Source: Chrysomallon squamiferum (lineage: Eukaryota > Animalia > Mollusca). From it: a DNA stretch of 64,000 nt. The stretch is from contig CM022675.1 in NCBI GenBank assembly GCA_012295275.1, forward strand, positions 12,524,001 through 12,588,000, in the 5' to 3' direction. A model generated the notes under the pieces. The model had not been told where the DNA came from. It made no database searches and worked only from the letters and a program-made list of their open reading frames with translations. Both the position numbers and the translations under genes were made by a program. Below, piece by piece: positions 14,201 to 28,440 of the stretch. How positions within the stretch are numbered: position 1 is the stretch's first letter; each line of letters begins with the position of its first letter.

Positions 14201-17200
14201 TACCATACAGCTATTTACTGATATGAGAATACAGTGCTTTGAATATGAGGCAATATAAAGAGTATATAAAGTGTTTGACTTGTGATGGATGAGGGTTTTG
14301 TTGTAATAATAAAGTTGCTGGTTGAAATTCCATCACGGTGCTTGGTGATTCTAATACAGAAAATACTCGCACGGCAAATCAATTCCAAACCTTTTGTTGT
14401 GGGAGATTTACGGCCAATCAAAGCCAAAAACAGCAGCAGCGAGATCTGGGTCTTAATTAATCACACATAACAATTCCAACTCGAGAAAGCCACAAAAAAA
14501 AAAATACCCCACATTATCATAGAAAACAAAACAATGGTCACCATTGGAAACGAAGAATATCACAATTATCAAAACAAAAGAGCAAACCTCTGTCACTTGT
14601 TAAGTGAGAGAAAACGTGGTACGTGATACAACTGCAAGTTGCCGCTAACGACGTGGTACGTGATACAACTGTGTCCATTGACAACCGGCAACCAAATTTC
14701 CTGTTCTCCACTTGTCTAATCCAGTCGCTAGCAATCAATATTGTTTAATGACTCTATCGGCCATTTTGCTTATCACTATATTATCAGGGAAATTGATAAA
14801 AAGTGTGCCGAGGGTTTGGGGTTATTAATCGGCGAAGGATGAAAGAGATTTGTGGTTATGACTCGGTAATTGACAGCTATTATTATTACTGAAATGTACA
14901 TTACTTAACACACTGAAATGCAGTCGTGATTATCTCCCTTGCAGGTACAAGCACGTCTGTCATGTATGTTCAGCTTAGTAGCAAGAATTGTTTGTTCAAA
15001 AGTAAGTGAAATGTGAAGATATTAATATTTAAACATACTTGACCTGGGACACTTAGTTCAGTAAGCAGGATTGTTAGTCCATAAAAAAAAAAACCCACTA
15101 AAGGTCAATCCTCAGTAACAGTTCTGTTGACTGTTTCTTGTTCCAGACAAAAATCTACAACTGATTATTTCTTTGCTGTCTCTGGGATGGTACATACAAC
15201 AAAATCCCTTTCTGCTAACAGATGAGAAATAACTGTGATGTCATTAACAACCTCATTATTATGCAGAAATCTTGTTTGATGCTGAATTTGAACAAAAAGT
15301 TCTGAATGTAATTAATCAAAGTATTCATCTTAATCGGATTTTGATCTTTTTTCTTTTCTTTTGTTTCTCCCCACTTATTTTCCATAATTTTACAATCAGA
15401 CTTGAAACAACTGTGATAAAACATGCTTATCTGTGGATGTAAAATGTATTCTTTCAGTAAACAAGATCATCTGTCTTGCAGTGTTGTTTTGATAAAATTA
15501 TAATCTAGGACCGTTTACAACTCACAAACTTTGACAGCAGCATTTCTCAGATTACACCAATAACGTTTTTTTTTCTGTAAATTTCTCCTTATCGGCTCTC
15601 ATTAAAAGAGAAACTTGTAAATTGACTGAGGTATTGCACAACAAGAATTTCTTTCATTAGCATGCCTGGGAAGAAGAAAATTCTTTAAACTGGCAGCTTA
15701 AGAAATTGAGAAAATGAAAACAAAACAAACTGAAGCAAGCTGCCATTTACATCATCTTCTGTGTTAAACAGAATCCTTTGACTTAAGTCGAGAAAATTAA
15801 CACCTGAGAAAAATTAACATCTGAGAAATTTATCATCTGAGAAAATTAACATTCAAGAAAATGAACATTTCAGAAAATGGTGATGAAAATAATTAGTTTC
15901 AAGTTAAATGTAACCATTTATTTTGTTAAAGCTTGCTTGTGTTAAAAAGTAACTTGCATTTTGTTAATTGGAGTTTAGTTGTTAAAAATACAGCTGATTA
16001 TTTTGTTAAGTGTCTGATTAGTACAGTTCAGTTGTGTTAATAAGAATTTGGCATTAACAACAAAAATTATTTTATTATATTAATTTTAATATTGTAACCA
16101 TTGGAGATGTTGATTGGAACTGTTTGTAGAATTAATAGTTTGTGTTTCAATGTTTACTGGAGTTTCTTATGCTTATGCAGGAGTAAATTAAATTTGAATT
16201 GTTTTTAATAATAAACAGCTGTTTATGACTTATTAAAACTTGTTAAAGTAAGTGCAAAAGTTTATTATCAGAATTATGAGGTTAAATTATAAAATCAAAT
16301 AATAATTTCATAATAATATTTAAATACAAAATTAAACAAAAAATGCTAAATCCACAATTATAAAATATTAAATCCATAATTACAAATGTTAAATACATAA
16401 ATAAAATATATTAAAAGTATAATTATAATAATTGATTACGTAATAAAAAATAAATACTCTTTGAAAATAACTCTCCACTCATCTAATAAATATTAAAAGC
16501 ATAATTAAAAACAAGTTTTCACATGAGTGGAGTCCAATCAATACAGAATTTAAAAACACTGGTGTAACCACAAACTCTACAAAGACTGGTCCTTGCACTG
16601 AATGTAATTGGTGGTACGAAACGTGCAGATTTCAAGCTGCTCGTAATGCGATGATTTACGGAATTCATTGATTTGCTGGCTGTTACATGCCGTCACAACG
16701 TCCCCTCCTGGTGACAACAGCAGTGAAAGGAACTGCAGTCAACGAGAGACCATGACAGGAACTGTAGTCCATGGCAACAGGTCTGTGTCAGTGTTGTCAG
16801 TTTTGGAATCAGTTTTTTTATTTTTGGATGAGAATTTCTGAAAATCTTTTATTTTTACATAGCTAAATGGACTGATTGTTAGAATCATGTGGTTGTTGTT
16901 GTTGCTATTGTATTGCTGCTGCTGTTGTTTTTATTCTTATTATTAATATTATTGTTACTATTATTGTTGTTACTAGTATTATCATCATTATCATCATCAT
17001 GATTATCATCATGATCATCATTATTATTATTATACCTGTTATATTTATTATTTATTATTATTAGTAGTAGTAATAATATTAGTGGCTGTTGTGGTGGTAG
17101 TAGTAGTAGTAATTGTAGTAATAGTATTCTAACATTATTATTATTAATTTCAATATTATTTTTATTATTTTCATACATTTCTTTTGTTATTATTACTTTA

Positions 17201-19731
17201 TTTTAGCTACGAATTTCTGATTTCTCTTACTGAACTGCAGATTTAAAAAAACTACTTTTATGCACCAGTGAAAATGCACTGGTTTTCAGTTACAATCTTT
17301 AAATACTGGCTACTCTTTTCTCTGTGTCTTGTTCTGTCACTCTGTCTGTTAGAGTCAGAGACAGAAAGATGGACAGCTTCATTCAGTGAGTCATTTGCGG
17401 TGAATCAATTTAACTTGATTTTATTTCATCTGTACTTAAGGACTTGTTCATCAAGCGATTTTCAAGCTTAGTGCATTTGACGCATTTGTAAAAGGAAAAT
17501 TATTATAAGGCTTTGAAACTGTCATTCATAATAAAGAGTGGAATGGGAAAAAAATGTGTTGTTACATTAACTGGATTTAAGCTTGGTTCTTTTTACATTC
17601 TGATCTGATACTTTGAGTTTATTAGTTTTAAAATGTTTGGAATGGGAAAAAACGTTTTGACTGGTATAAGTGCTAATATTAATAATATTCTGCTGACATG
17701 TTATGGAATATTTATTCTTTCATACTTCTTGTCTGTCATTCATTTATTCATTCTTCTTGTTTGCCCTTCATTTATTCATTCTTGTCTTTCAATTATTTTT
17801 CATTCCTTCATTTCTTTGGAATGGCTCATTTTAAAGTAGTTATAAGTGGAAGTATAATTAAGTAACCTGTAGTTTTGTAGTACTAACTACTTAAAATCAA
17901 CTCTTTACAATGTACAGGTATTTCTGGGTGTGTCGGTTTTTCTGTAACAAATTACAGGTATCTTTGAGGTAAGAATGGACCAGGTTCAGGGATGCAGAAA
18001 ATCAATTTATAGAACTTATCTAGTTTCATATTACTGAACATATCACAGATGTTCTGCCTTGAAATATTGCTTCATACAGTTGATTTGATAGATACAAATA
18101 TTTCTATTTGTATCTTTATCTCTTTATCTATATCTGTATCTCTAACATTATTTCTCTATAAATATTAATTGGAGTATATGAGATTATATTTGACTGAGAA
18201 TGCTAAGTCACATAATACTGGCTTTTGGAAATCACTTTTTATATTATCTAAACCACAATTATTTATAACTACTCTATAACTTTATATGCATTATTATTAT
18301 TATCTATATGAGTATTATCTAGCAATACTGACTGTAAAAATGTCTATACATTTTTATTATTATCTAAATTATTATTTAATCTAGAAATACATATCATTTT
18401 AGTTCATGTAAATCTTTAGTATTATTACCATTTTTGTTATTCTTTAAACTGTTATCTACAAATACTAACTATAACCATATACAACTTTTTACTGTTATCT
18501 AAACCATTGTTATCTAAAATAGTGACTGTATAAACTTGTGTACATTTTTTATTATTATCTAGATTTTTTATTTCATTGTCCCTAACATCATTTAGATTTA
18601 AAACAAAAGTTTCTCATGCTATATCTTTTGTTGATTCAGAAATCTGCTTTTTGCAGCTTCTCTAGGTTTTTTTCTTTTTTTTTTTTTGCTTTTTTTTTTT
18701 TTTTTTTTTTTTTTTTTTCTCAGAAATAGATCTGGTGGGAGAGTTTGAAAAGGTAAATGAACTTCAGGATAAATACCTTTCTTACCTGGCCGAGGTTAAG
18801 AACCTAACAATGAAATACTTGTAGTTTTGTACCAAATAAATAAACAAACACATAAACAAACAAACAAACAAATAAATACACAAACAAACAAATAACCTTT
18901 TCAAAATATAAAGAAAAAAGAAGACAAGAAATAAAAATAATAACGATATTAGTAGTAGTAGTAGTAATAGCAATAGAAGTAGTACTAGAATTAATATTTG
19001 AAACAAAATGTATGAGAAAAAATATGTTTAAAATGACACCATATTATATGTTGTACACACATTATAGTATGGAAAAAACAAAACAAATAATGGCTGGGTG
19101 GAACAGGAAAAACGTACATTTAGAATCACACTAAACGTAATAATACAGAGCAGACAAGAGTTGTATTTAGCCTAAAATTAATTTTTTATTTATTTATTTT
19201 TTTGCTGCAGACCTGTCACAGACAGGAACTGTCATGGGGTTCTGTCTGTGTTTTTAGAGTGTTGCTATAGCAACACAGTGTATGAAAGAAAACCATGCTA
19301 CATCGGTCCCACAATAAATCGTAATTACATTCAAACTGTGGCTACAGTGGAAGTAGACTGGTTTTACAGACTGTGCTTTCTTGAGACGCCAGAGTTTATA
19401 GGGTCAGTCCTTTTAAGCTGACTCATTGAAATGTTTTTTCCAATTCCAACCTCTTGGTATGTGCATGTGTCAGCAGCCATATGTTATGGGATCTCTTCTT
19501 CCAGATATGGTTTATGTGTATGTTTCTGTTTGTGGGAAGGTTCATGTAAAGGAAATTTATTGCTGACAGCTAAAAAGAATCCTTGATGTGGTAGCAGCAA
19601 GTTTACTTTTTCATATCACATTTGCAAAACTTTAAAAATCATTTGATTATAAAGAAAGTTATAACTTTTTATTTCAGAAATTGATGAAATTGAATTTTTT
19701 AATAATGTTTTTTTATTTTGTACTTTTTCAG

Positions 19732-19792
19732 ATAGTGCATTCTGATTAGGGAAAGACAACCCTGACCTATATTCTATTGGTTTGAGGTTGTC
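19732..19792 (+). other. PCBP: 5' UTR part of the first coding exon of the PCBP gene
   Basis: Acceptor ttttattttgtactttttcAG ends at 19731. An in-frame TAG at 19733-19735 and no ATG precede 19793, so upstream non-coding exon(s) are implied. Confidence 0.7.
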
Positions 19793-19876
19793 ATGGCAAC
19801 AGAACATAACAACAACATGGTTCAGAATGATAATTCGTCCACTATACTTACTATCAGAATGATAATGCAGGGAAAG
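19793..19876 (+). CDS. PCBP: PCBP/mub-family KH protein, coding exon 1 (MATEHNNNMVQNDNSSTILTIRMIMQGK)
   Basis: gtcATGG start context. LTIRMIMQGK matches the first strand of PCBP KH1 (LTIRLLMHGK). Donor AAG|gtaagt, phase 0. Confidence 0.93.
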
Positions 19877-20076
19877 GTAAGTCAGAGACATTTTTCTTTT
19901 TCTTTTTTTCCCTTTTGTTGTTGATTCTAATGGAATAAAATATTAATGCAAGCCATTAGACGATTTCCTGAGATTTCAACACAAAGCTGCACCACAGATA
20001 CTTACTGACAACTCTTAGTGGTAATGTAAGGTGTGGTTTAGTGAGACAGTGTTCAGTGAGTGTTCAGTGAGTGGAG

Positions 20077-20155
20077 TAGGGCATCAGCTGGGTTAGGGCA
20101 TCAGCTGGGTTAGGGCATCAGTTGGGTCAGGGCATCACTTAGGCCAAGGCATCAG
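20077..20155 (+). repeat. 17-bp G-rich tandem repeat (tagggcatcagctgggt)
   Basis: About 4.5 copies with seven GGG runs. Confidence 0.9.
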
Positions 20156-20273
20156 TCAGACCAACACAAGAATTAGGTAGAGTAGATTAGGGCGTGAACT
20201 TTACTGTTATGACCATTGAACTCATTTTCAGGTCAGTTAAAATAATCATCATTATAGTCATATTCATAGCTCA

Positions 20274-20376
<103 letters not shown>

Positions 20377-23300
20377 CACACACTGTCAGTTTGTTTGAAA
20401 ATCTTTGTAATGATGTGCTCTTATGGCATCTTTCTCTCACTCTTTCTCCTTCTCTCTCTCATTACATACTCTTATGACATTCCTATCTGTGTATCCATCC
20501 ATCTCTTTATCTCTTTCAATTTAGTTCAAAAATTATCATAATCAAATTCATAAGACATCATTCTCTTTTTCTCTCTCTTTCTCTCTCAACTTCTTAAAAA
20601 AAAACAACAACAGATATTGCCTTCACATTTTTATTCATATCCCTTTAAATAAAATCACAAAAGAACTACTTTTCCATTTCATGAAGTCTTATTTTAAAAG
20701 ACCATCTTCGCTTTATAATTACAATTCCTGCATGTCCATTTAACTAGATTAAGTCGTACAATTGAAATAATATCAAAGACGTCGACAAAAGAATTGGATC
20801 GCAAATCTTTTTCATTTCTTTAATTACCCACCATGAGTAAATCAATTTGTTAATTACACTGCTTCAACTACAAAGGAAGGATCTTCAACCTGGAGGCTTT
20901 TGTCACTTGGCGACATCAGCAGCATCAAAACGGCAACGTTGCAGTCATTACTAGATGCCTTCTGGTTTGAAACTAAAAACGTAGCGAGCCGATTTTTCAT
21001 TTGGAAAATGTTCTTCTAATTAGTCCCACGCCTTAGGATTGGTCTGCTGTCAACATGTCTGTCTGTCTGTGTGTCCATCTGTCTGTTCGTGCAGTCTCCA
21101 GGCACCTTTTTGCCAAATATCATTAATAATCAATTTATTTTGAGTAGCTTATTAAGATAACTGTGTGTAGGGTTTTTGTTGGAATTTTGTTTCCAAGTGT
21201 TCCAAGTGTGTTAATCCTCTGTCTGTTTTCAAGTGTTCCCAAAAGACTGTTAGAGAATCTAGACTCATCATTATTGTCAGCGGAAATTTGTCTATATTTT
21301 CTAAAACTTTTGTTAAACTTGAAAATAAGACTTTCAAAATAATTCCTTGCTAATTTTAAAACATTTTTTTTTTAGAAAATAAAATATTAATACATCAATT
21401 TCTCTTTATTTATTTATTTTAATTAAATGAATCTATGATTGTTTTTCTTTTTCAAAAAACACTTTAAAATAAAATCAGAAAGCCACAGTTCAATAATTTT
21501 ATCTGATTTATCTATTAGTAAATAAAAAAATTAAAAAAGCAGTCTTTCTTAAAATTAATATAATGATTGTTTTTGTTTTATTATGAAAGAGAGAGAGAGA
21601 GAAAAGGAAAACAAAACACTTAAAAATAAAAATCTGAAAACGAGATAATTTGATTTGGTTTACCTGTTAATAAATAAAACATTAAAACAGCAATCATGTT
21701 TTATTGGTAAATTCTGCTAATGAGGAACAAAACAGTTTTGTGGGAGTTTTTTTTTTCATTCTGCTACAAACAGGAAACAATTATTTTCCTCCATTATTAA
21801 TGAGCACCACATATTCTTGTGCAGGCCTGTACATGGGCTGTTAATGAGTTTTGAAGTAATTTTCTGTGAAACTTGCATGCAACCACTGTCTGGGTATTTT
21901 CTCATTTGTAGCATGTCCAGGAAAAGAAACGAAATTATGAATAAAATGATTTATAATTAAAATAATACTACAAGAATAAGACAATAGAGTTTTGTTGTGT
22001 CTTTATTTGATGTTCTAAAGCTTTGGACAAGAATGGTTTAGTTAAAAATAAACTGTAATAGCTAAAGGCAATTATCACAATGCTTGGTAACACAAAAGGC
22101 CAGTTTTTGAAAATATTCAGTTTAAATACAGATCAATAATAAGCTTTTGTCCTTATTTTTAAGACAAAATTGAATGACGTTAATCTCTATTCATATTACT
22201 GCATGTAAAGTATCTGTGTTAGTATGCATGAAGACTGCCTGTATTTCTGATGTATGTAGATGTGTGAGTGAGTGAGTGAGAGAGAGAGGGAGGCAGGGAG
22301 GGAGGGAGGGAGAGAGAGATATTCACAATGCTTCGTTGTTGTTAATTTTTGGGTCAGGGTGTCTTTTGTTCAGATATGATTAAAAATCTTATTGTTTCAT
22401 TTCAAAAATTTCCAGCAGCCTTCAAACAATTGTTAACTCAACCTTTGACCTCAGATAAGTGTTCATAATTTGTGTTTGACACCCTGGACCCGGTTCATGG
22501 TACTGCGAGATTTACTTGCATATTGCATTACACTCTGTAACAAGAAAGGGGGTGTGTTGTGTGAGATATCATGCATGTATAATGTGATATATCGTGTAAC
22601 AAAATAAATAACAGATGTTGCAGTGACGTCAAGCAATTCTGCTAGAAAACAGGGCACGTCTAAACAGGAGGGTTTCCTTTTGGTTTTCTCCTCGTAAAGT
22701 TAAAATATTAAAGGTCATTAAAGAGCCATGTTCAGCAAGATAAGTCTTGTAATTTTTATCTTTATGTAAAAGGAACATTTACAAATGTTTATATGAGTGC
22801 TGAAGATTCCATTAAAATAAAAAATATTTCTTTAGAAGAACACACACAGACACACACACACATTCATATATTTAAAAAAAAGTTAGTTTCTTTTCTAATG
22901 CATTTAGACATTATTTTTACATTCTATCTGACTGTCTTTTCTTTTTTCTTTCTTTCCTTCTTTTTTTTAAAATCTTTTTCTTCATTTTTATGTTCTTATG
23001 CTTTCTCTCTTTCTTTCTTTCTTTCATTTACATATGGGACTATTTATCGACTGGTTTAAAAAAATGCTTGCTAACCTTCTGTAACTATATGAAAGATAGT
23101 AACTCTGTGGTAAATCTATTCCAGTGGTTGTAGGATCAAATCTTTTCAGTTGCTCCACCTGAATCAAACTGAATCAAAGATCCATGTTAAAGACATCATG
23201 TTGCTATTGTAAAGATTTCCTTTGTTTATTTTCAATATTACTTACATGTATTTATATCTTATATCAGGTAATAGCAGCAATATGAACTATTTTATAATTT

Positions 23301-26300
23301 AAAATTTTGTCTGTTGGAAGAATCTGTCTATGCAGATTCAGAATTTCATTTCAGTATAGAGACATACAGATGCAGACAAAATGATGTACTCTATGAATGA
23401 ATTAGGAATATGATCTGGAATGGGAAAAAAAGCAGTCTGTTCTAGAACAGAAAAAAACCCCAGTGTACTGCTGACATGGTTTACTTGTTTTAAACAATCT
23501 CAGTTAATTCTCTGGAAAAACGTGAATGCAACAAGACGATGTTGTAGCACAGAGCTTGTCATTAGTGCTTCATTTCATCTTCCCTCGGCTCAGTACTGGT
23601 CGAGAAATAATCACAGCTCATCCAATTCTCACTTAATTGGCGAGAGTTCAGCTGCTGTAAAGCTTTTCACAAATAGAGTGATCACCCTTTATGTTAGAAA
23701 TATGGATGTCTCAGAAACGAAGATTTGATTTGCACTTTTGTGAATCTTCTGCTGTAGAGAATTATGAAAAATTGATTAGACTGGGCAAGCTATAAAATAA
23801 ATGTCTTCAGTTTGCTTCTGTCTCAGAGCTGTCACTGTTATTAGTAAGTGAATGATGGAAACTGTGGCAAATTGTGTCTTAATAAAAATTATATTTAACT
23901 CAGAGTTTCCTTCTAAATAAGTGCCTCACTCACCCAAATAGCAAACATAACACTGTTACTGCTGCTTCTACTACTACTACTAATGCAGCTACCACTACTA
24001 ATCATTTCATTACTACAACTACTACTAATAATGATAATAATATTACTGTTAGTTACTTTAAATACTGCTACTGTCACTATGACAACACCTCTATTATTTC
24101 TGTCACTACTACTACTACTATTACTACTACGACTACGACCACCACCACCAGTGCCATAATCACTGCTGCTGCAATTATTATGATTAGTACTTCTAGTAGT
24201 TTTGCTGTTACTTTTATTATCATAAATACCACAACCACAACTGCTGCTACTGCTACAACTACTACAGCTGCCACTACCACTGCTACTACTGTCACTGTTT
24301 TAACAAAATAATAAAAACACAAAATTTGTACTTGTCATCCGACTTTTTCGTTTCTTTTTCTCTTCTTTTTTTTCCCCCTCCTTTTTAAACTTATCACTAC
24401 ATCATATCTTTCGTACTAGACCAAGCCTTTCTTTAAACTCTGTATTGACTTGATGGCTGCAGTCTTTGAAATATTCATAGAAAAACGTTCTATAAAATGT
24501 AACATTTTCCCTTTCTGTTGGAACACAGCCAGAACAAATAATCTACACGAGATTTAGCTGCAGCAATCCTGGAACTTCCGATTAACAATAACAAGCATTA
24601 ATGACAGAAATAATTTTACATCTTTTATATACTGCTTGCGTAATGTCAGTTTACAGTTTAATTTAGAAAGTTCATATTATTACACAGTTATGTATTTTCA
24701 ACATTAGCAGCGTACAAATGATTGCAAATTAATACAAGTCAAATGTTGTATTTTAAACTTCAATGATATGTCATTTTTAAAATAAAATATAAAAAATACT
24801 GAATGATTTGTTGATGGTTTTTACAGAAAATCTACAATGAAATTCTTTCTAATATTTAAGAATTTGGAGTTACACAAGTTCATGATTGGTTCTGGAATAA
24901 ATTCATGTTTGGTATTCTTTTCAAACATTTAATATTGAACAATTTGCTGAGAGTTTTGAGAGTAAAATCAGGTTTCAAATTCATTCTAAATTTAAATTTC
25001 TGATATTGGACAATCATTGATAGTTTTGGTGGTAGATGTATGCTTGGTATGTCTTACAAAAATTAAAGGTTTAGTCAAGTTGATAATAGGTTCTACAATA
25101 TAACCATGCATTGTAATTCTTTCTAAACTTTAAACATTTCATATTGGTTGAGTTGTTGATAGCTTTAATCATAAAACCAGACTTTAAATTCCTTTTAAAT
25201 TTAAAGAGTTGGTATTACAATAAAATAATTCCCTGGATTTTTTATTACGAGAAAGAAAAGGAAAAAGCACCACTAAAATTATAAAATTGTTAATAGTTAT
25301 GATATTACTACAACCACCACACCTTGCTTCATATTACTTCTAAGAATTATTGGTTTCCCTGGTTAAATAAACATTTTTCTTTACATCTGTTTTTGTTTTT
25401 GTATTGCTGCACTGATTTCTGTTACTGAGTATTGATGTGACCCTGGTGAAACAATCAAGAATCCAGAAACCTTTTATAACAACAACTCTTCTAGTAGAGC
25501 TTTCACTTTTTGCACAGTGTTTACTCGAAGAATGAAAGATTATAGGATTGAATCCCAACAACTGATGTGTTGTTCATTTTCCCAGTGCTAGAGAGATAAA
25601 AAGTTTTGATTTCAAAGACATGAAAGTTTCACTGATTGTTTGTTTTGTTATGTAACAGTCATATAATACAGGAAATACATAATACATGTGTCTGTGTGTG
25701 TGTCTCTATATATGTATACACACACACACACACACACACACACATGCACACACACATACACACATACACAAAACCAGGCACATACACACACACACACACA
25801 CACACAAACACACACAAAACCAGGCACATACACACACACACACACACAAACACACACAAAACCAGGCACATACTCAATATGGCATTATAGTGAAAAGAAG
25901 CAGTCTCATTCAGATGATGAAGTTTTTCTACAGAAGTCTTTAATTCTGAGACAAACTCTTTCACACAGAAGAAAGCGAAGCACAAGAAGAAAATGGACTT
26001 TTATCACACACACATTTCCCAGTGTATCACTTATCTTTGATAATTAGAGTTTGCACCTTGCAGGCTTTTTAACCTACACCATCTTGTCTCACCTCTTGTA
26101 ACACATAAAAGGGAATTAATTAGTGCTTTAGAATCTTTGGAGAGAAACACCAAAGCAGAATGTAGAAATGGCCGAAAGCTTGTCTCCCGGGTTTGGTACT
26201 GGAAGGCCCATCATTAGCGGACAGAACTTCTCACCTAAGTCAGGTTTTTTCTCTAAAATAATGAGTCTGTTTGACATTAAAGATGTTTCTAGAAAACACC

Positions 26301-28224
26301 TCTGACTTTCGCCTGACTCAATTAGTTCTTGTTAATTACCTTGAGCTTTTTCCATCTTTGGTTTTAGGAAGAAATTTCCATTTCTGTCGTTGTCAAATAT
26401 AACTTTTGTTACTGAAACTGAAAACTCAGTCAAAGTTTATAATCTGATTAGAGTTTGTGGTAATACTTTAAGTACCAAAACAAGACTCTTTAGCTCAGGA
26501 ATAAATTGTTGGATATGTTTCCAGTATGAAAAGGTAGTTTTGAAGGAGGTGATGAAAACCTTTCATTGTAGAAAGAGATAGTTAATTTAAGGTTGTGGTA
26601 TCAGTTAGAAAGAAACAGTTTAGAAGCAGTTAGAAGTCAGAAATCTCAAATCTGAAAATAGTTTTTAAGGACAGATGAACTAAAAGTCTGTCTAGTGTAG
26701 TGAGAGATTATATCAGACAAAGGGGAAATATATATAAATCTTTCTAGTTTAGATTACTGGGAAAAGATAATGTTAGTTTTATTAAAAAAGAATGGAACCC
26801 ACTTTGAAAATCATTTCAATATAGAAATTGGGTTAGCTTTAAAGCAAAGGGCATTTAGACATTTTTCAAATGTAGAAAGATACAGAGTTAATTTAAGTTG
26901 TAAGATTCAGTATGAAGATGACTTTGTTGGGATCAAGGTATTGGATGAGAATTCTTCCAGTACTGAGAAAACATTTAGTAAGTTAAGCTATTTGAAAATC
27001 ATCAGAGAAAGGGTATTGCTTAGATACATGGGAAGCAAGTTAGAAACTGTTGAGTTATTAAAATCAGTAACCTTACAATGTTACACTGGCCTTTTCCTTT
27101 GACTTCATACAATAAACAACACAAGTAACAGAAATTTACACAATTTGAAGCTTCAAGGACAGAGGACAATGAGCTAGGTCCTGCTATGAAAGATGCCAAG
27201 TTATTTACTTGGTTATAAAACTGCAGGCTGTTCATCAAAGCAAATGAAGATGGTGAAATTTGGAAACATGGTGCTAGGCAACACAAGCTATTTTCACATG
27301 GTGGGTTGTGATCTCTCTCACATTTACTTCAAAAAGCAGCCAGTTTACATTTGCTGAGGAAATGATATTCAAGTAATTTGGTAAGCAGTGAGAAGAATGC
27401 TGCTGTAGAAACTAGTTAAATATCATTACAGAACAGTAACCTGCTGTTTGATCAGTCTTACATGCTTAAATAGCAGGATACCACATTTCTAACGTTGTAA
27501 GTTCCTCCTTTTTGGATACAGCACCCTTACTGTACTACGCAGGTATTTTGGTTTACATTATTTCCTTTCTTTGTTTTTCTCCAATTTTTTTTCCATTTTT
27601 TTTAGTTTGTTCCTGATAGCAGAAAGGTATTGTTTTTGGAAGTTTTTTTCTGGGTTTTTTTAAGATTTAATCTTTAAATTTTGTTTTTATAGTTTTTAAC
27701 TTACTTTATCAATTTTGTACATCTTGTTTTTTTGATAATCTGTGTAAAACCTGGGTATCATAGACTTCTGTCACAGTTAGAATGTTTGACATTAGAAGGT
27801 CTTAAGCATCTTAATCCTGAAGAGGTACAAATCTTCATTTTATTTCATTGATATTATTACATCATCATCATCATCATTATTGCAGTTGTTGTATCCCCTC
27901 GTCAAGTGAAAGCTTCAGCATTTTTCTAGATGATCTTGTGTTGCACATTCAGAAGATTTCTTCTTTGTACTTGTCCAGTTCATTCCTCATGTGTCTTGCA
28001 GGTCTTCCTAAACATAATTTTCCTTTTTGTTGTTTTTCAAGTATTGGTGTATCCTGTGTGTTTTCACATTCCAGTGTGACACAGAACTGATTCTGATGTT
28101 TACAAAATTTAACTTACTACTTCTATCTGATAAACTATATAAATTATATATACAAAAACAAACAAAAACAGTTCTATCTAATATATTTTTAGTAAATTCA
28201 GATTTTTTTTTATAAGGTTATAGA

Positions 28225-28430
28225 TTGAGTAAACAGTACAAGGTTGTAGGTTGAGTAAACTATACAAGGTTGTAGGTTGAGTAAGCAATACAAGGTTGTA
28301 GGTTGAGTAAGCTATACAAGGTTGTAGGTTGAGTAAACAATACAAGGTTGTAGGTTGAGTAAGCTATACAAGGTTGTAGGTTGAGTAAACATTACAGAAC
28401 TGTAGGTTGAGTAAGCAGTACAGAACTGTA
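28225..28430. repeat. 26-bp minisatellite (gtaggttgagtaaactatacaaggtt)
   Basis: About 8 copies. Confidence 0.93.
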
Positions 28431-28440
28431 GATGGATTGT

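Noticed and set aside
19217-19250. Hairpin cacagacaggaac...gttctgtctgtg as a pre-miRNA
   Set aside because: The stem is only about 13 bp, too short for a Drosha/Dicer substrate.
26770-27286. Non-repetitive ORFs of 110 aa (+) and 88 aa (-) as transposon remnants
   Set aside because: No recognisable reverse transcriptase, transposase or other domain motif.
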